Of a DNA stretch of 64,000 nucleotides, positions 37,593-49,100 are shown one piece after another. The notes below the pieces were generated by a model, which saw nothing but the letters and a program-made list of their open reading frames with translations, was not told the origin of the DNA and made no database searches. Position numbers and translations under genes: made by a program. The DNA lies in contig JBHLMP010000004.1 in the NCBI GenBank assembly GCA_048938025.1, positions 44,903 to 108,902 of the forward strand. The letters run 5' to 3'. The DNA is from Promethearchaeota archaeon (GTDB lineage Archaea > Asgardarchaeota > Lokiarchaeia > Sigyniarchaeales > SOKP01). The first letter of the stretch is position 1. Each line of letters opens with the position of its first letter.

Positions 37593-39050
37593 TTAGATAT
37601 AAAAAGGTAAAACCATTTCTTTTAAAATGAAAATAGTTTTTTTTCCAGAACTAGATTTACACTTTAAAGAAATTGATACATTATAAATACTAAGGTTATC
37701 TGGAATCTTATTCTTAATAAAATCTTTTAAAAATTCAGAGAATTGATAATATCCTCTTTTAGTTTCAACCCATAAATAGCCTTTTTTTTCAAAATGTTCT
37801 GGATTTTTTTCTTTAAATTTATTAGCATGAAATTCTTCTTTAACTGGAGGTCCTCTTCGAATATATGTTGTTGAGATTTGTGGTTTTTCACAATAAATAG
37901 CTATGTTATATTCATCAACTTCATCTTCAAAAAAAATTTCAAAAAATATATTTCCAAATCGTTCTGCACGAGTAAACTCCCTTTCTCCATTAGCTTTAAT
38001 GCTTTCTGCTAGTGAATCTAATTTATCTCTATTTATTGTATAATGAATGTCTTTATTATTATTTCTTAATTCGATAATGAAGATTTTTGATAGAATTGGA
38101 TCTTTTAAATTAGAAAGATCTACTTCTGGTATTGCTTTTTGTATGAAAAATTCTTTAGACGGTTTTTTCAAAAACTTTTTTATTTTTTCGTTACAAAAAG
38201 TATATGCTCTTCCTGATATTGCTGAAGCAACATTTCTATTCTTATCTATTGGATCTATAATTATAAGATAATCATTCTGAAAATGTTGTATTCTCTTTAA
38301 TTCATTGTTATTTCTTTTATAATAATCCAACGGTTTTTGCTTTAGAGTGTGAAAATTTCTAAAAAGTTTTTGGATATTCCCAAAATAATAGATCAATAAT
38401 TCAGCACTGTATCCAATAAATCCAACCTTACCAACAGCACTAGTATCTCCATAACAATGACTAGATTTAAAGAATTGCTTTAATAACCTAACATCATTTT
38501 TCTGTTCAACAGTTAAATTTTCTCTTATAAATTGACCATGCCACGGAGATCTGTCAACTGCGGTGATTGGTCCCTTTTGTTCTATGAACTTTTTATCTAA
38601 ATCAAAATATAGAACAATATCGATTTTTATTTTAATGTTATTTACTACATAATCCACTGTTACATATGGATGTTCAGCATATAGAAGCCGTGGATTTTGA
38701 AATTCTTTTAATGTTAGAGATTTAATAATCCAATTATTACAAAGTCTTAAAAAATCTTTTTTGGATTCTTTTTTTAATTTATTTTTGCTTAGGCCTTCAT
38801 AGGTTGGTTTATATAAATTATAATCTAATCCAATAAATAAGTCGATGTCAAAATCCCCTTTTAATTGAGTTTGTTTGATACCAGTTGATCCCTGCGATTC
38901 AATTAAAGTGTAATTAATGTTTAATTCTTCTGCTTTGCTTTTCAGTAAATGCTTTAATTTCTCAACTATTTCATTAATTAACTTTAACTCTTGATTAGTT
39001 GGAATGATTTCATTTAAGGTGTTTATTAAGATCTCATTAATCGATGTCAT
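37593..39050 (-). CDS. cca: archaeal class I CCA-adding enzyme
   Basis: GS...DFDIDLF, YAEHPYV, TAVDRSPWH, VRLLKQF and DPIDKNRNVASA motifs. Confidence 0.92.
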   Translation of the reverse strand: MTSINEILINTLNEIIPTNQELKLINEIVEKLKHLLKSKAEELNINYTLIESQGSTGIKQTQLKGDFDIDLFIGLDYNLYKPTYEGLSKNKLKKESKKDFLRLCNNWIIKSLTLKEFQNPRLLYAEHPYVTVDYVVNNIKIKIDIVLYFDLDKKFIEQKGPITAVDRSPWHGQFIRENLTVEQKNDVRLLKQFFKSSHCYGDTSAVGKVGFIGYSAELLIYYFGNIQKLFRNFHTLKQKPLDYYKRNNNELKRIQHFQNDYLIIIDPIDKNRNVASAISGRAYTFCNEKIKKFLKKPSKEFFIQKAIPEVDLSNLKDPILSKIFIIELRNNNKDIHYTINRDKLDSLAESIKANGEREFTRAERFGNIFFEIFFEDEVDEYNIAIYCEKPQISTTYIRRGPPVKEEFHANKFKEKNPEHFEKKGYLWVETKRGYYQFSEFLKDFIKNKIPDNLSIYNVSISLKCKSSSGKKTIFILKEMVLPFYI

Positions 39051-39135
39051 ATTACTTGTAAAAATATCAATTAATAATGTAAATAGTATACATACAATTA
39101 AATATTACTTTAGATAAAAAAAAGAATTCTCATTA

Positions 39136-40944
39136 TTACATACCCCACCAAGGATGTTCGTAGGTTCTCTTTAATTTAATATACTCTCTTAAAGCTTGTT
39201 TTTGATCTGTGGTTAATTCATCAATGAACTTTCCCATTAATTGCCTAACGTGAGATTCGGGGACATTTACAAATAAAGTTTCGTCTTTTCCTATATCTCG
39301 ACCTATTTCAATACCACGGATAGAAATAGCTACCTCAGAATCCTTAGATGCTTTTTCTATTGTTTGACCTTTATCTTGAATTTGATGAACTCTTCTGACT
39401 CTTTTTCCTGTGTTAGTTATTAAGGGTACTTTTGGATATAAAGTTCCAGCTTCAACATATACGCCAAATACTGCGGGATCTGAATTTCGAAATATAAAAT
39501 CTGGGAGCATCTTAATCTTTGCTGGTAATACTAATTCATTTAACGCTTTAGCAGTATCTTCCGCTTTCCTAGTTTCAGCATATTCAATATAATCTTCTAA
39601 CAATCGATAAATAACATTATTTGTAAAGATTCTGATATTATCAATATTAGCTTGTTCTTGAGCTTCTGGTAATATCGGAATATTAAACCCTAAAACAGTT
39701 GCAGAATAAGGATCGAAATCTTTGACTATATTTGCATTCATTACATCTTCTTTCTTAATCGACCCAACATCGGCTACACTAATTTTAACTCCATTCTTTG
39801 TAAAAAAACTCACTAAGGCTTCAAGAGAACCTAAAGTATCTGCCTTTAATACTACTCCTGCTTTTTCTGTTCTAATTCTAATAGCTTGAACTTCTTCTTC
39901 AATTTCTTTATAGATAACTTCTTCCTTGGAAGGATCTCCAATTCCCTTAAAAGGTGATCCTGCTACTACATCATCAATATTTGGAGCTAATATTTTTACA
40001 CCAGCTGCGGCACTCACAAATTCTTCCGAATCGAATTTTTGGCGAGGATCTCTGATCTCGTCTAATGGTTTTGGTATTAAAATTGCTCTAACTTTTGATT
40101 TAATTGGCTTTTCTAATCCTCCAACAATAAATTCATCTCCTTTTCTAATAATACCATCATAAATTAATACATCCATTGTTTTTCCTTGACCCTTTTCCTT
40201 CTTTACTTCTAATACAACTCCTTTAGCAGCACCAGAAGAGAATTTTAAATTTGGTGTTAAAAATTGTTGAACTAAACCCATTAATATCAATAATAATGTT
40301 GAAATACCTTCTCCTGTTTTAGCACTTGTAGGAACGATAGCAATCTTTTTAGTGAAATCTTTTATCTTATCATATCTATCTATGCCTTTAAATCCCTCTT
40401 CTAAGAAGTTAGTACTTATTTGCACAAGCTTCTCATCTAAAAAGTCCTTTACATGAGGTTTTTGAGATTTAAAAGTATCTAAAAAGTCAGCATCATTTTT
40501 TGATTTCCAGCCAGATATTCTATCAATTTTATTAGCAGCTATAACGAAAGGTGTTTTTCTTTCTCTCAATATTCTTACAGATTCCCAAGTTATTGGCATT
40601 GTCCCAGCTGTAACATCAATTACTAAAATTGCGATATCTGCAACAGCGCCACCTCTTCTTCTAAGATTCAAAAAAGCAGCATGACCGGGAGTATCAATTA
40701 TTAATATACCTGGAAGTTTAATATCTTTTTCTGCAAATTCTTGTTTTGATTTTTTTAAAAAGTCCTTAATATCTTGAGTTGGAAAGTATGATGCTCCTAT
40801 GTGTTGAGTAATCCCTGCCGCTTCTCTTTTTTGAACAACAGTACCCCTAATATAATCTAAGAGTGATGTTTTGCCATGATCAATATGGCCTAAAATACAT
40901 GCAATTGGGGCTCTAATTATTTTAGATTCTTCTTGAGTAGCCAT
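39136..40944 (-). CDS. infB: translation initiation factor IF-2 (aIF5B)
   Basis: GHIDHGKTS, REAAGITQHIGA, DTPGH, NKID and KADTLGSLEAL motifs. Confidence 0.95.
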   Translation of the reverse strand: MATQEESKIIRAPIACILGHIDHGKTSLLDYIRGTVVQKREAAGITQHIGASYFPTQDIKDFLKKSKQEFAEKDIKLPGILIIDTPGHAAFLNLRRRGGAVADIAILVIDVTAGTMPITWESVRILRERKTPFVIAANKIDRISGWKSKNDADFLDTFKSQKPHVKDFLDEKLVQISTNFLEEGFKGIDRYDKIKDFTKKIAIVPTSAKTGEGISTLLLILMGLVQQFLTPNLKFSSGAAKGVVLEVKKEKGQGKTMDVLIYDGIIRKGDEFIVGGLEKPIKSKVRAILIPKPLDEIRDPRQKFDSEEFVSAAAGVKILAPNIDDVVAGSPFKGIGDPSKEEVIYKEIEEEVQAIRIRTEKAGVVLKADTLGSLEALVSFFTKNGVKISVADVGSIKKEDVMNANIVKDFDPYSATVLGFNIPILPEAQEQANIDNIRIFTNNVIYRLLEDYIEYAETRKAEDTAKALNELVLPAKIKMLPDFIFRNSDPAVFGVYVEAGTLYPKVPLITNTGKRVRRVHQIQDKGQTIEKASKDSEVAISIRGIEIGRDIGKDETLFVNVPESHVRQLMGKFIDELTTDQKQALREYIKLKRTYEHPWWGM

Positions 40945-41043
40945 TTTTCACCACAAATTTGGAATTAATGTATTAATCTTCTTAATATGAATAATATTTT
41001 AAAAAAAGTAAGGAAAAGTAAAGAAATTTTTCTTTCTTAAGAA

Positions 41044-43917
41044 TCAATTATCATTTAAATATTTTTTAAGATACTTTGCGGTATAGGAACTTTTATAATT
41101 AATTATTTCTTCTGGTGACCCTACTACAACTACTTTACCACCTTTTTCTCCACCTTCAGGTCCAAGATCGATAATATAATCTACAGATTTGATAATATCC
41201 ATATTGTGTTCTATGATAATAACAGTATTCCCCTTATCCACTAATTTTTGAAGAACTTTAAGTAAAAAATTAATGTCATAAGATGATAAACCAGTCGTCG
41301 GCTCATCTAAGATATAAAGTGTATTGCCAGTACTAGTTTTTCTTAATTCTCTTGCGATTTTTATTCTTTGAGACTCTCCACCGCTTAGTGTAGTTGATGA
41401 TTGACCTAATTCTAGATATCCTAATCCAACATCTACAACAGTTTTTAAAGTTCTTTTTAAATTCGGATAACTATCAAAAAACTCAAGTGCTTGATTGAAG
41501 GTCATTTCTAAAACGTCTGATATTGTCTTTCCACGATATTTAATTTCAAGTGTTTCAGCGTTATATCTTTTTCCTTTACATAAATCGCATTTAATATAAA
41601 CATCTGGTAAAAAGTACATTTCTTTAAGTATATATCCTGTACCTTTGCATTTCTTACAATGTCCAACTTTTGTATTAAAACTAAATCTTCCTTTTTTATA
41701 TCCTCTTTCTCTTGATTCAGGCAACCCAGCAAAAATTTCTCTAATATAGTCTAATGCTTTTGTATAAGTTGCTGGTACAGACCTAGGAGTTCTTCCTATT
41801 GGTGATTGATCAATATTAATTATTTTATCAATTTTTTCGAAACCAATTATATCATCAAACTCTCCAGCATATAATTTGGAACTACGTGTATTGATTATAT
41901 TATGCAACCCTTTATACAAACAATCAATTATCAGACTGGTCTTGCCTGCTCCTGAAACTCCAGTAATACATGTAAATAAACCTAAAGGTATCTTAACATC
42001 AATCTTTTTTAGATTATTTTCTCTTGCTCCTTTAATTTCTAGATAATCATCATTTATTTTTCGCCTATTTTTTGGAATTTCTATTTTCTTTTTTCCTGAT
42101 AAATACATTCCAGTTAAAGTATCTGAATTTACAATTGTATCCAATGGCCCTTCAGCAACTATTTCCCCGCCTTTTTCTCCTGCTAAGGGACCTAAATCAA
42201 TAATATGATCTGCATTTTGTATTATTGCATTATCATGTTCTACCACTATTACAGTATTACCCAAATCCCTCAATTTTTTCAACATATTTATAAGGCGATT
42301 AATATCTCTTTGATGCAATCCTACGCTAGGTTCATCTAAGACATATAAAACTCCCACTAGACTTGAACCTAATTGAGTGGCTAATCTTATTCTTTCTGCT
42401 TCTCCAACAGATAAAGTATCTGATCGCCGACTAAGAGTAATATAATCTAATCCTACATTTTCTAGAAATGATAATCTATCAAAGATCTCTTTTAAGACTT
42501 CTTTAACTATAGTTTTTTGTGTTTCATCTAGCTCTAATGCCTTGAAAAATTTAATTGATTCTTTAACTGATAATTCTGATAATTCTGCAATATTGAGGTC
42601 ATTAATAGTGACTGCCAAGCTTTCTTGCTTTAACCTTTGACCATTGCATTGGGGGCATTTAACTTTATTCATAAAATTTTCATAAATATCTCGAGCCCAT
42701 TCAGAGCTAGTCTCCATGTATCTTCTGTGTAACCAGGGGATTACTCCTTCAAACGGTCTAACAACATGCCATGAGGATTTAACTTCATTCTTATAATTTC
42801 TATGATTATTATTATCACTTTCAAAATGAAACTCAATTGATTCGTTATCTGTACCAAATAATATCTTATCAAGCTTTTTCGGATCTATATCTTTAATAAT
42901 TGTTTTATTAGTATCAATACCGTAATGCTTAGCAACTTGTTGTAATGATTGCCAAACATATCCTGATTCGGATCCAAATCCAGGAATATTTCTAATAGGT
43001 GTATCTTGAAGTGGAACATCTAAATTATCACCTAAGATTAACCCATAATCAAATTCCATTACTGAACCTAATCCATTGCAATATTTACAACTTCCATGTG
43101 GTATATTAAATGAGAACATTTTGTGGTCTAGTTGAGGAATTGAAATACCACAGTCTACACATGCTAGATGTTCTGAAAATATTTGTTCTGTATTTCCAAG
43201 AATGTCAATAATAACTAAACCATCTGTTAAATCTAAAGCTGTTTCGATTGAATCCGCAAGTCTTGCTCTAATATCTTTATTCATTACTAACCTATCCACA
43301 ATAACATTGATTGTATGTTTCATATTCTTTTCCATTGAAATTTCTTCGTCAAGAGTGTATTGAATACCATCAATCTCAACTCTCCCATATCCCTGTTTCT
43401 TAAGATCTTGTAAGAGTTCTTTATATTCTCCCTTCCGATCTCTTATCACTGGTGCCTTTATTACAAACTTTTGATTTTCTTTGATCGAATCTAAGACTTG
43501 TTGGATTATCTGTTGTGGAGTTTGAGGTTTAATTTCTTTACCACAATTTGGACAATGTGGTATTCCTACATTTGCAAATAATAGTCTGTAATAATCATAA
43601 ATCTCTGTTACTGTACCTACTGTACTTCTTGGATTTTTTGATAATGGCTTTTGTTCAATAGCGATTGCAGGAGATAAACCCTCAATAGAATCTACGTCTG
43701 GTTTATCCATCTCTCCAAGAAATTGTCTTGCATAACTAGATAAAGATTCAAGAAATCTTCTTTGTCCTTCTGCATATAAAGTATCCATTGCTAAACTAGA
43801 TTTTCCACTTCCACTAATACCTGTTATTACTATTAATTTATTACGTGGAATTACGACATTAATATTTTTTAAGTTGTTTTGTCTTGCTCCTTTAATTATG
43901 ATGGAATCTTCGCTCAT
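41044..43917 (-). CDS. uvrA: excinuclease ABC subunit A
   Basis: Two ABC ATPase domains (GISGSGKS, GVSGAGKT), YAEGQRR and zinc modules. Confidence 0.97.
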   Translation of the reverse strand: MSEDSIIIKGARQNNLKNINVVIPRNKLIVITGISGSGKSSLAMDTLYAEGQRRFLESLSSYARQFLGEMDKPDVDSIEGLSPAIAIEQKPLSKNPRSTVGTVTEIYDYYRLLFANVGIPHCPNCGKEIKPQTPQQIIQQVLDSIKENQKFVIKAPVIRDRKGEYKELLQDLKKQGYGRVEIDGIQYTLDEEISMEKNMKHTINVIVDRLVMNKDIRARLADSIETALDLTDGLVIIDILGNTEQIFSEHLACVDCGISIPQLDHKMFSFNIPHGSCKYCNGLGSVMEFDYGLILGDNLDVPLQDTPIRNIPGFGSESGYVWQSLQQVAKHYGIDTNKTIIKDIDPKKLDKILFGTDNESIEFHFESDNNNHRNYKNEVKSSWHVVRPFEGVIPWLHRRYMETSSEWARDIYENFMNKVKCPQCNGQRLKQESLAVTINDLNIAELSELSVKESIKFFKALELDETQKTIVKEVLKEIFDRLSFLENVGLDYITLSRRSDTLSVGEAERIRLATQLGSSLVGVLYVLDEPSVGLHQRDINRLINMLKKLRDLGNTVIVVEHDNAIIQNADHIIDLGPLAGEKGGEIVAEGPLDTIVNSDTLTGMYLSGKKKIEIPKNRRKINDDYLEIKGARENNLKKIDVKIPLGLFTCITGVSGAGKTSLIIDCLYKGLHNIINTRSSKLYAGEFDDIIGFEKIDKIINIDQSPIGRTPRSVPATYTKALDYIREIFAGLPESRERGYKKGRFSFNTKVGHCKKCKGTGYILKEMYFLPDVYIKCDLCKGKRYNAETLEIKYRGKTISDVLEMTFNQALEFFDSYPNLKRTLKTVVDVGLGYLELGQSSTTLSGGESQRIKIARELRKTSTGNTLYILDEPTTGLSSYDINFLLKVLQKLVDKGNTVIIIEHNMDIIKSVDYIIDLGPEGGEKGGKVVVVGSPEEIINYKSSYTAKYLKKYLNDN

Positions 43918-43958
43918 TGTTTTATCTAACTATTTCAATTTATAATAAAAGAAAAATC

Positions 43959-45965
43959 TCATACTTTTATTTTATAATCTGCTTTAATTTCTTTAATTCT
44001 ATCTCTTAAATAAGCAGCATCTTCAAATCTAAGTTCTTTAGCAGCCAGAAACATTTTATTCTCAAGATATTGAATAATTATATCAGTATCTCCTTTTTTC
44101 TCTAATTCTTTGATTTTATCTTTAACTTTTTGCTTTAATCTTTTTACTTCCCGTTCCTTAAATTCCTGCTCTTCAGAAAGAGAATCTAAAATGTTTTTCT
44201 GAATTGTTTGTGGAGTAATGTTATTTTTTATATTATAGTCCATCTGTTTTTTTCTTCTTCTATTTGTCTCATCAATAGCTGCTTTCATAGCTGGTGTCAT
44301 TTTATCAGCATATAAAATTGCTCTTCCGTAAATATTTCTAGAAGCTCTTCCAATAGTCTGAATGAGCGAGCGTGTATCTCTTAGAAAGCCAAGTTTATCA
44401 GCATCTAATATAGCTACAAGTTGAACTTCAGGTAAATCTAGACCCTCCCTTAGAAGATTTATTCCTACTACCACATCCCAAGTTCCATCTCTTAGCTGTC
44501 TTAATATCTCAAAGCGTTCTACAGTATCAACTTCAGAGTGTAGGTACGCAATTTTAATGTTTAAATCAGCATAATATTCAGAAATATCTTCCGACATGCG
44601 CTTTGTAAGGGTTGTGACTAAGACTCTACCTTGGTTATCAACCACTTTTTGGATTTCTCCTAATAAGTCATCAATTTGGGTTTTTGCAGGACGTATCTCC
44701 ACTTGAGGATCAACTAATCCAGTAGGTCTAATTATCTGTTCTGCAGACATTCCACCACTCTTTGCTAATTCATAATCACCTGGTGTAGCTGACATAAAAA
44801 TAATATTTTTAATTTTACACTCCCATTCTTTAAATGTAAGAGGTCGATTATCGAAAGCACTAGGCAAACGCCAACCATATTCAACAAGATTTTTCTTACG
44901 AGAACGATCGCCTTCTATCATTCCATGGATTTGAGGGACAGTAATATGCGATTCATCTACAACAATTAAAAAGTCTTCTGGGAAGTAATCAACTAAAGTC
45001 ATTGGTGGTGTTCCTGGAGCCCTAAGATCGAGATGCCTTGAGTAGTTCTCAATTCCTTTACACCACCCCATTTCTCTCATCATTTCTAAATCGAATTTAG
45101 TTCTCCTTTCAATCCACTCAGCTTCAGCATATCTTTTTTTATTTTTAAAGAATTCAATTTGTTCTTTTAATTCTTGTTCAATTAGTTCCAAGGCTTTTAT
45201 TTTATTTTCTTCTGGAATAATAAAATGAGTTGCTGGAAAGATTCTATAATTAGGTACTTTTTGTAAAGGATTGTTGGAAATAGGATGAATTTCGGTTATA
45301 GATTCAATCTCATCACCGAATAGGGATATTCTGACTGCATTGTTTAAATAAGCAGGATAGATATCAATAATATCCCCCTTTACTCGTACATTTCCGGGTT
45401 TGAATTCAAGATTATTTCGCTCATAGTTCATTTTTACCAGTCGTTTGAGAATTTCAGAACGTTTTTTCTCCATGCCAACCTCTAAATATAGCGCAATTTT
45501 CTCCCAAAGTTCTGCATTTCCCAGACCATAGATACAGGATACTGTTGCTACTATAATTACATCTCTTCTCGTTCTAACAGCGTGTGCCGCGGCAAGCCTT
45601 AATCGTTCAATTTCTTCATTAACACTAAAATCTTTTTCTATATATAAACCAGAAACTGGCATATAAGCCTCTGGCTGATAATAGTCATAATAAGATACAA
45701 AATAATGTACAGCATTATCTGGAAAGAGTTCTTTAAGCTCATTATATAATTGAGCTGCTAATGTCTTATTAGGAGCCATTATTAAGGTTGGTTTTTGAAT
45801 TTCTTGTATAATGTTTGCAATTGTGAATGTTTTACCAGTTCCAGTGGCACCTAATAAAGTTTGGAACCTTTTTCCATTAGAAATATTATCTGCAAGAGTT
45901 TTTATTGCTTCGGGTTGGTCTCCTGCTGGTTTAAACTCTGATTCAAGTTTGAATTTAGCAATCAT
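43959..45965 (-). CDS. uvrB: excinuclease ABC subunit B
   Basis: GATGTGKT, YFVSYYDYYQPEAY, DESH, LLREGLDLPEV and C-terminal UVR domain. Confidence 0.97.
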   Translation of the reverse strand: MIAKFKLESEFKPAGDQPEAIKTLADNISNGKRFQTLLGATGTGKTFTIANIIQEIQKPTLIMAPNKTLAAQLYNELKELFPDNAVHYFVSYYDYYQPEAYMPVSGLYIEKDFSVNEEIERLRLAAAHAVRTRRDVIIVATVSCIYGLGNAELWEKIALYLEVGMEKKRSEILKRLVKMNYERNNLEFKPGNVRVKGDIIDIYPAYLNNAVRISLFGDEIESITEIHPISNNPLQKVPNYRIFPATHFIIPEENKIKALELIEQELKEQIEFFKNKKRYAEAEWIERRTKFDLEMMREMGWCKGIENYSRHLDLRAPGTPPMTLVDYFPEDFLIVVDESHITVPQIHGMIEGDRSRKKNLVEYGWRLPSAFDNRPLTFKEWECKIKNIIFMSATPGDYELAKSGGMSAEQIIRPTGLVDPQVEIRPAKTQIDDLLGEIQKVVDNQGRVLVTTLTKRMSEDISEYYADLNIKIAYLHSEVDTVERFEILRQLRDGTWDVVVGINLLREGLDLPEVQLVAILDADKLGFLRDTRSLIQTIGRASRNIYGRAILYADKMTPAMKAAIDETNRRRKKQMDYNIKNNITPQTIQKNILDSLSEEQEFKEREVKRLKQKVKDKIKELEKKGDTDIIIQYLENKMFLAAKELRFEDAAYLRDRIKEIKADYKIKV

Positions 45966-46111
45966 TGGGACAATATGCAATTTTTGAACTAATTTAAATT
46001 TAAAATAAAATCAATATATAAAAGATAAGTCTTAAGATATTCTAGTGTATTATAACTTATGATTTTTACTAAAAATAGACAAAAAATGAAGAAGATAATT
46101 TAATCATTAAT

Positions 46112-49100
46112 TTATGTGACAAATTCTATATGAGTGTCCTCAGCCCCTTCTACAGTACGGACTATTATGACTAATTCATCACCAGGATTAATAGTACCAA
46201 GTTTAATCTCTATTATAGCCATATCTACTGTTAATTGTAATGAATCACCAGCTCCAATTATAAAATCTTGTTCATTGAACACATCTAAAGAAAAATAAGT
46301 ACCATTTATGTAAACAGAATCAACTGTAACATTTAGTAACCCATTATTGTCGGTTAAAATTGTTAGAGTACCTGAACTTACTGCTGATGTTCCACCATCA
46401 TCAATTTCTATATTATAGTATGTCGAATCAACAATTGCAGTTAGATTTGCTATAGCCTGAGCGGAATTATATGTAGTAACTCTTATATTTACTTGATCAG
46501 ATGCATTAACTTTTAAATCTGTGATATTAAATGATATTAAAGCACATTCTTGTACGTCTAGAATAGCGTTCCCGTAAATAAATTCCACTTCGTTGCTATT
46601 TGAGCAATTTAATATTTCTGTCTCATTAAGATATACGCTATCTAAAGTTACCGGAACATTTCCAGTATTTTTAATAACTAGTCTTCCTGTTTCATTAGCA
46701 TAAATGTAGGAAACTGGTGTACCCTCAAGATTTTCTATTATTTGAACATCTGGTTCATTCCTTATAGTGTGAATGTAACCAATATCTGAAGCTACTGGTG
46801 TTCCGTAGCTTGTTGTAACACAGAGGAGTATTTCTTCATTTACTTCACCATCAATATAGTCTGTTGCATCAACAACAATAATATCTTCCTCATTTGCATC
46901 TAAAGTAAAGTTTCCACTAATCGTAAAGAAATGTTCAAGATTAACTGGTTTCAGCGATTCTGTAAGATATATCGGACCTAATGCGTAAATAACATCACCA
47001 GTATTTTTAACATAAATCTTTATTATGGTACTACCATTGTCATAAGTATAAGCATATGTTTTAGTAAAATCTATTGGTATATGTTTTCGATAATTACTAT
47101 CGATTGCTGCTGCTACTATTTCAGGGGATAGAATTCTATTATCATTATAAATTGTGATCGAATTGTTCTCCTGACTTGAAGTAAATAATATCTCATCTCT
47201 AATATCATTCGGAGTGGCTACTCCGATCTTATTATAAGTTCTTATAGGATAAAAAGATACTGGTGAGTTTTGTAAGTAAATTGTTGCTTTTTCTCCTGGA
47301 TATAGTATCGAAGAACCACTAAGATATTCAATATTCTCGTTGAGAAACGTATTACTGACCATATCGTCGTTTACATAAAACCTATCGAGAACAACAATAG
47401 ATTCTCCTACATTTTCCACCTCAAGGAGAGCATTAGCAGTATCATGATCAATCTGAATAACTTTACTGTTTGCTTTATTGATACGTATTGCTCCTTCTCC
47501 TCCTTCTTTAACAAAAAAGTTACTTGTAGAATTTGAAAATGTAAATTTTTTTTCCTCAAGTGCCTCTGATTCGGCTGTAACATTTATTCTTACAACATCA
47601 TCTTTATTGAAAGTTGTACCTCCAGATTTAATATCAACCCAAACGAGATCATCCTCTCCTGCATTCACTATTTTTGTATTTATTCCTTTACCTAAGGTAA
47701 AATTATATTCCTTCCCATTAACTTTTATACTTGTTATCGATAAGTCTTTCTTCCCAATATTATCTAATTTAAAGGTACCATATCCACTATCAAATATTTC
47801 TGGATTGGTTATCATAAATTTAGAATCTAGAGCTGTATAATCGACTTTGTATAATCTTACCATTCCATTTGGTGAAAAATGTTCTTTAACAAAGACTTTA
47901 AAATCATATGCTCCATATGGCGGAATATGAGCTAGCCACAAATTGCCATCAGCAGCTTGTCGCTGATTAATTTGACTAGCATAATGATTTGCTAAACTAC
48001 CTTCAGGGGTAGAAGCAGGATCCGTAGGAATTCCGTAAAACATGAGTCTTACTAATTGACTATCAAACCATTTATCTCCCATAGCTCCAGTCGTTGAATT
48101 TTGATAGTCATTTTCATCAAATACAGCATTTTCAGCCCAGTTATCCTTTTCAAGGCCCAAACTCTTATAATATTCATAGTGATCATTACATATACGAACC
48201 ATCCATGGCCATTTACCTTCATCCCCGCCTAGTCCAGAATATAAATATCCAAAATATACTAATACATAATCAGCTTTCAGTTCACGAAATATCTCGGCAC
48301 TATAAATTTCATTTGTTTGCATGAATGCCATTCCTGTCATTCCTATTCGTTCACCTTTAAAAGTGGCATTATCATTAACCGTTGTTACGTTTCCTATAGG
48401 TGTGAGCCAATATCCATAATCCCACCATGAAACTACAACAGCAGTACCTGGTAAATTATTTTTCATCCAAGTTAATGATTCTTCCCAATCATGAAGTATT
48501 CCTACTGGTGCCATTTGATTATAAGATAATCGATCAATTGAAACATCTGTTGTATGAACTACCTGAGCAACGCATAAAAATCCTATTATAAGATATACTG
48601 CTAACACTTCAGTATTACCCACAGTACCTTTGACCTGTCTCCTCCTTTTTCTACTTACTACACCTTTTTGTTCTCCTATAAAACCACCATAAATTTTTAA
48701 AATATTAACCAAACCATAGGCTCCTACTAGAGATGCAGCAGGAGCAAATAATAGGATTATACGGATCATAGCTCCAGTGAAATAGAACAATAATAATACA
48801 AAAACTATCATAAAAATATCAGGAGCGTTTAATCTCTTTAAACAAAAATAGATGCCAAGTGGTACTAAAATTAATGGAATCAGAATATTGTAGTAAAATA
48901 CACTCCAGGCACTTGGATTTTGCTCTGCAACTGAGGCAACCAGACTCAAACCTTCTCGTACTAATGGATTTAGCAGAGCATAAAATCTACCACCAAAACC
49001 AAAAGGAATAAGTGCAGGATCAATCCAGATAAGTATTGCAACAATTAATATCACCGGAATAAGCCCCCATTTTATAAGATTAATTAACCCATTATAAAAT

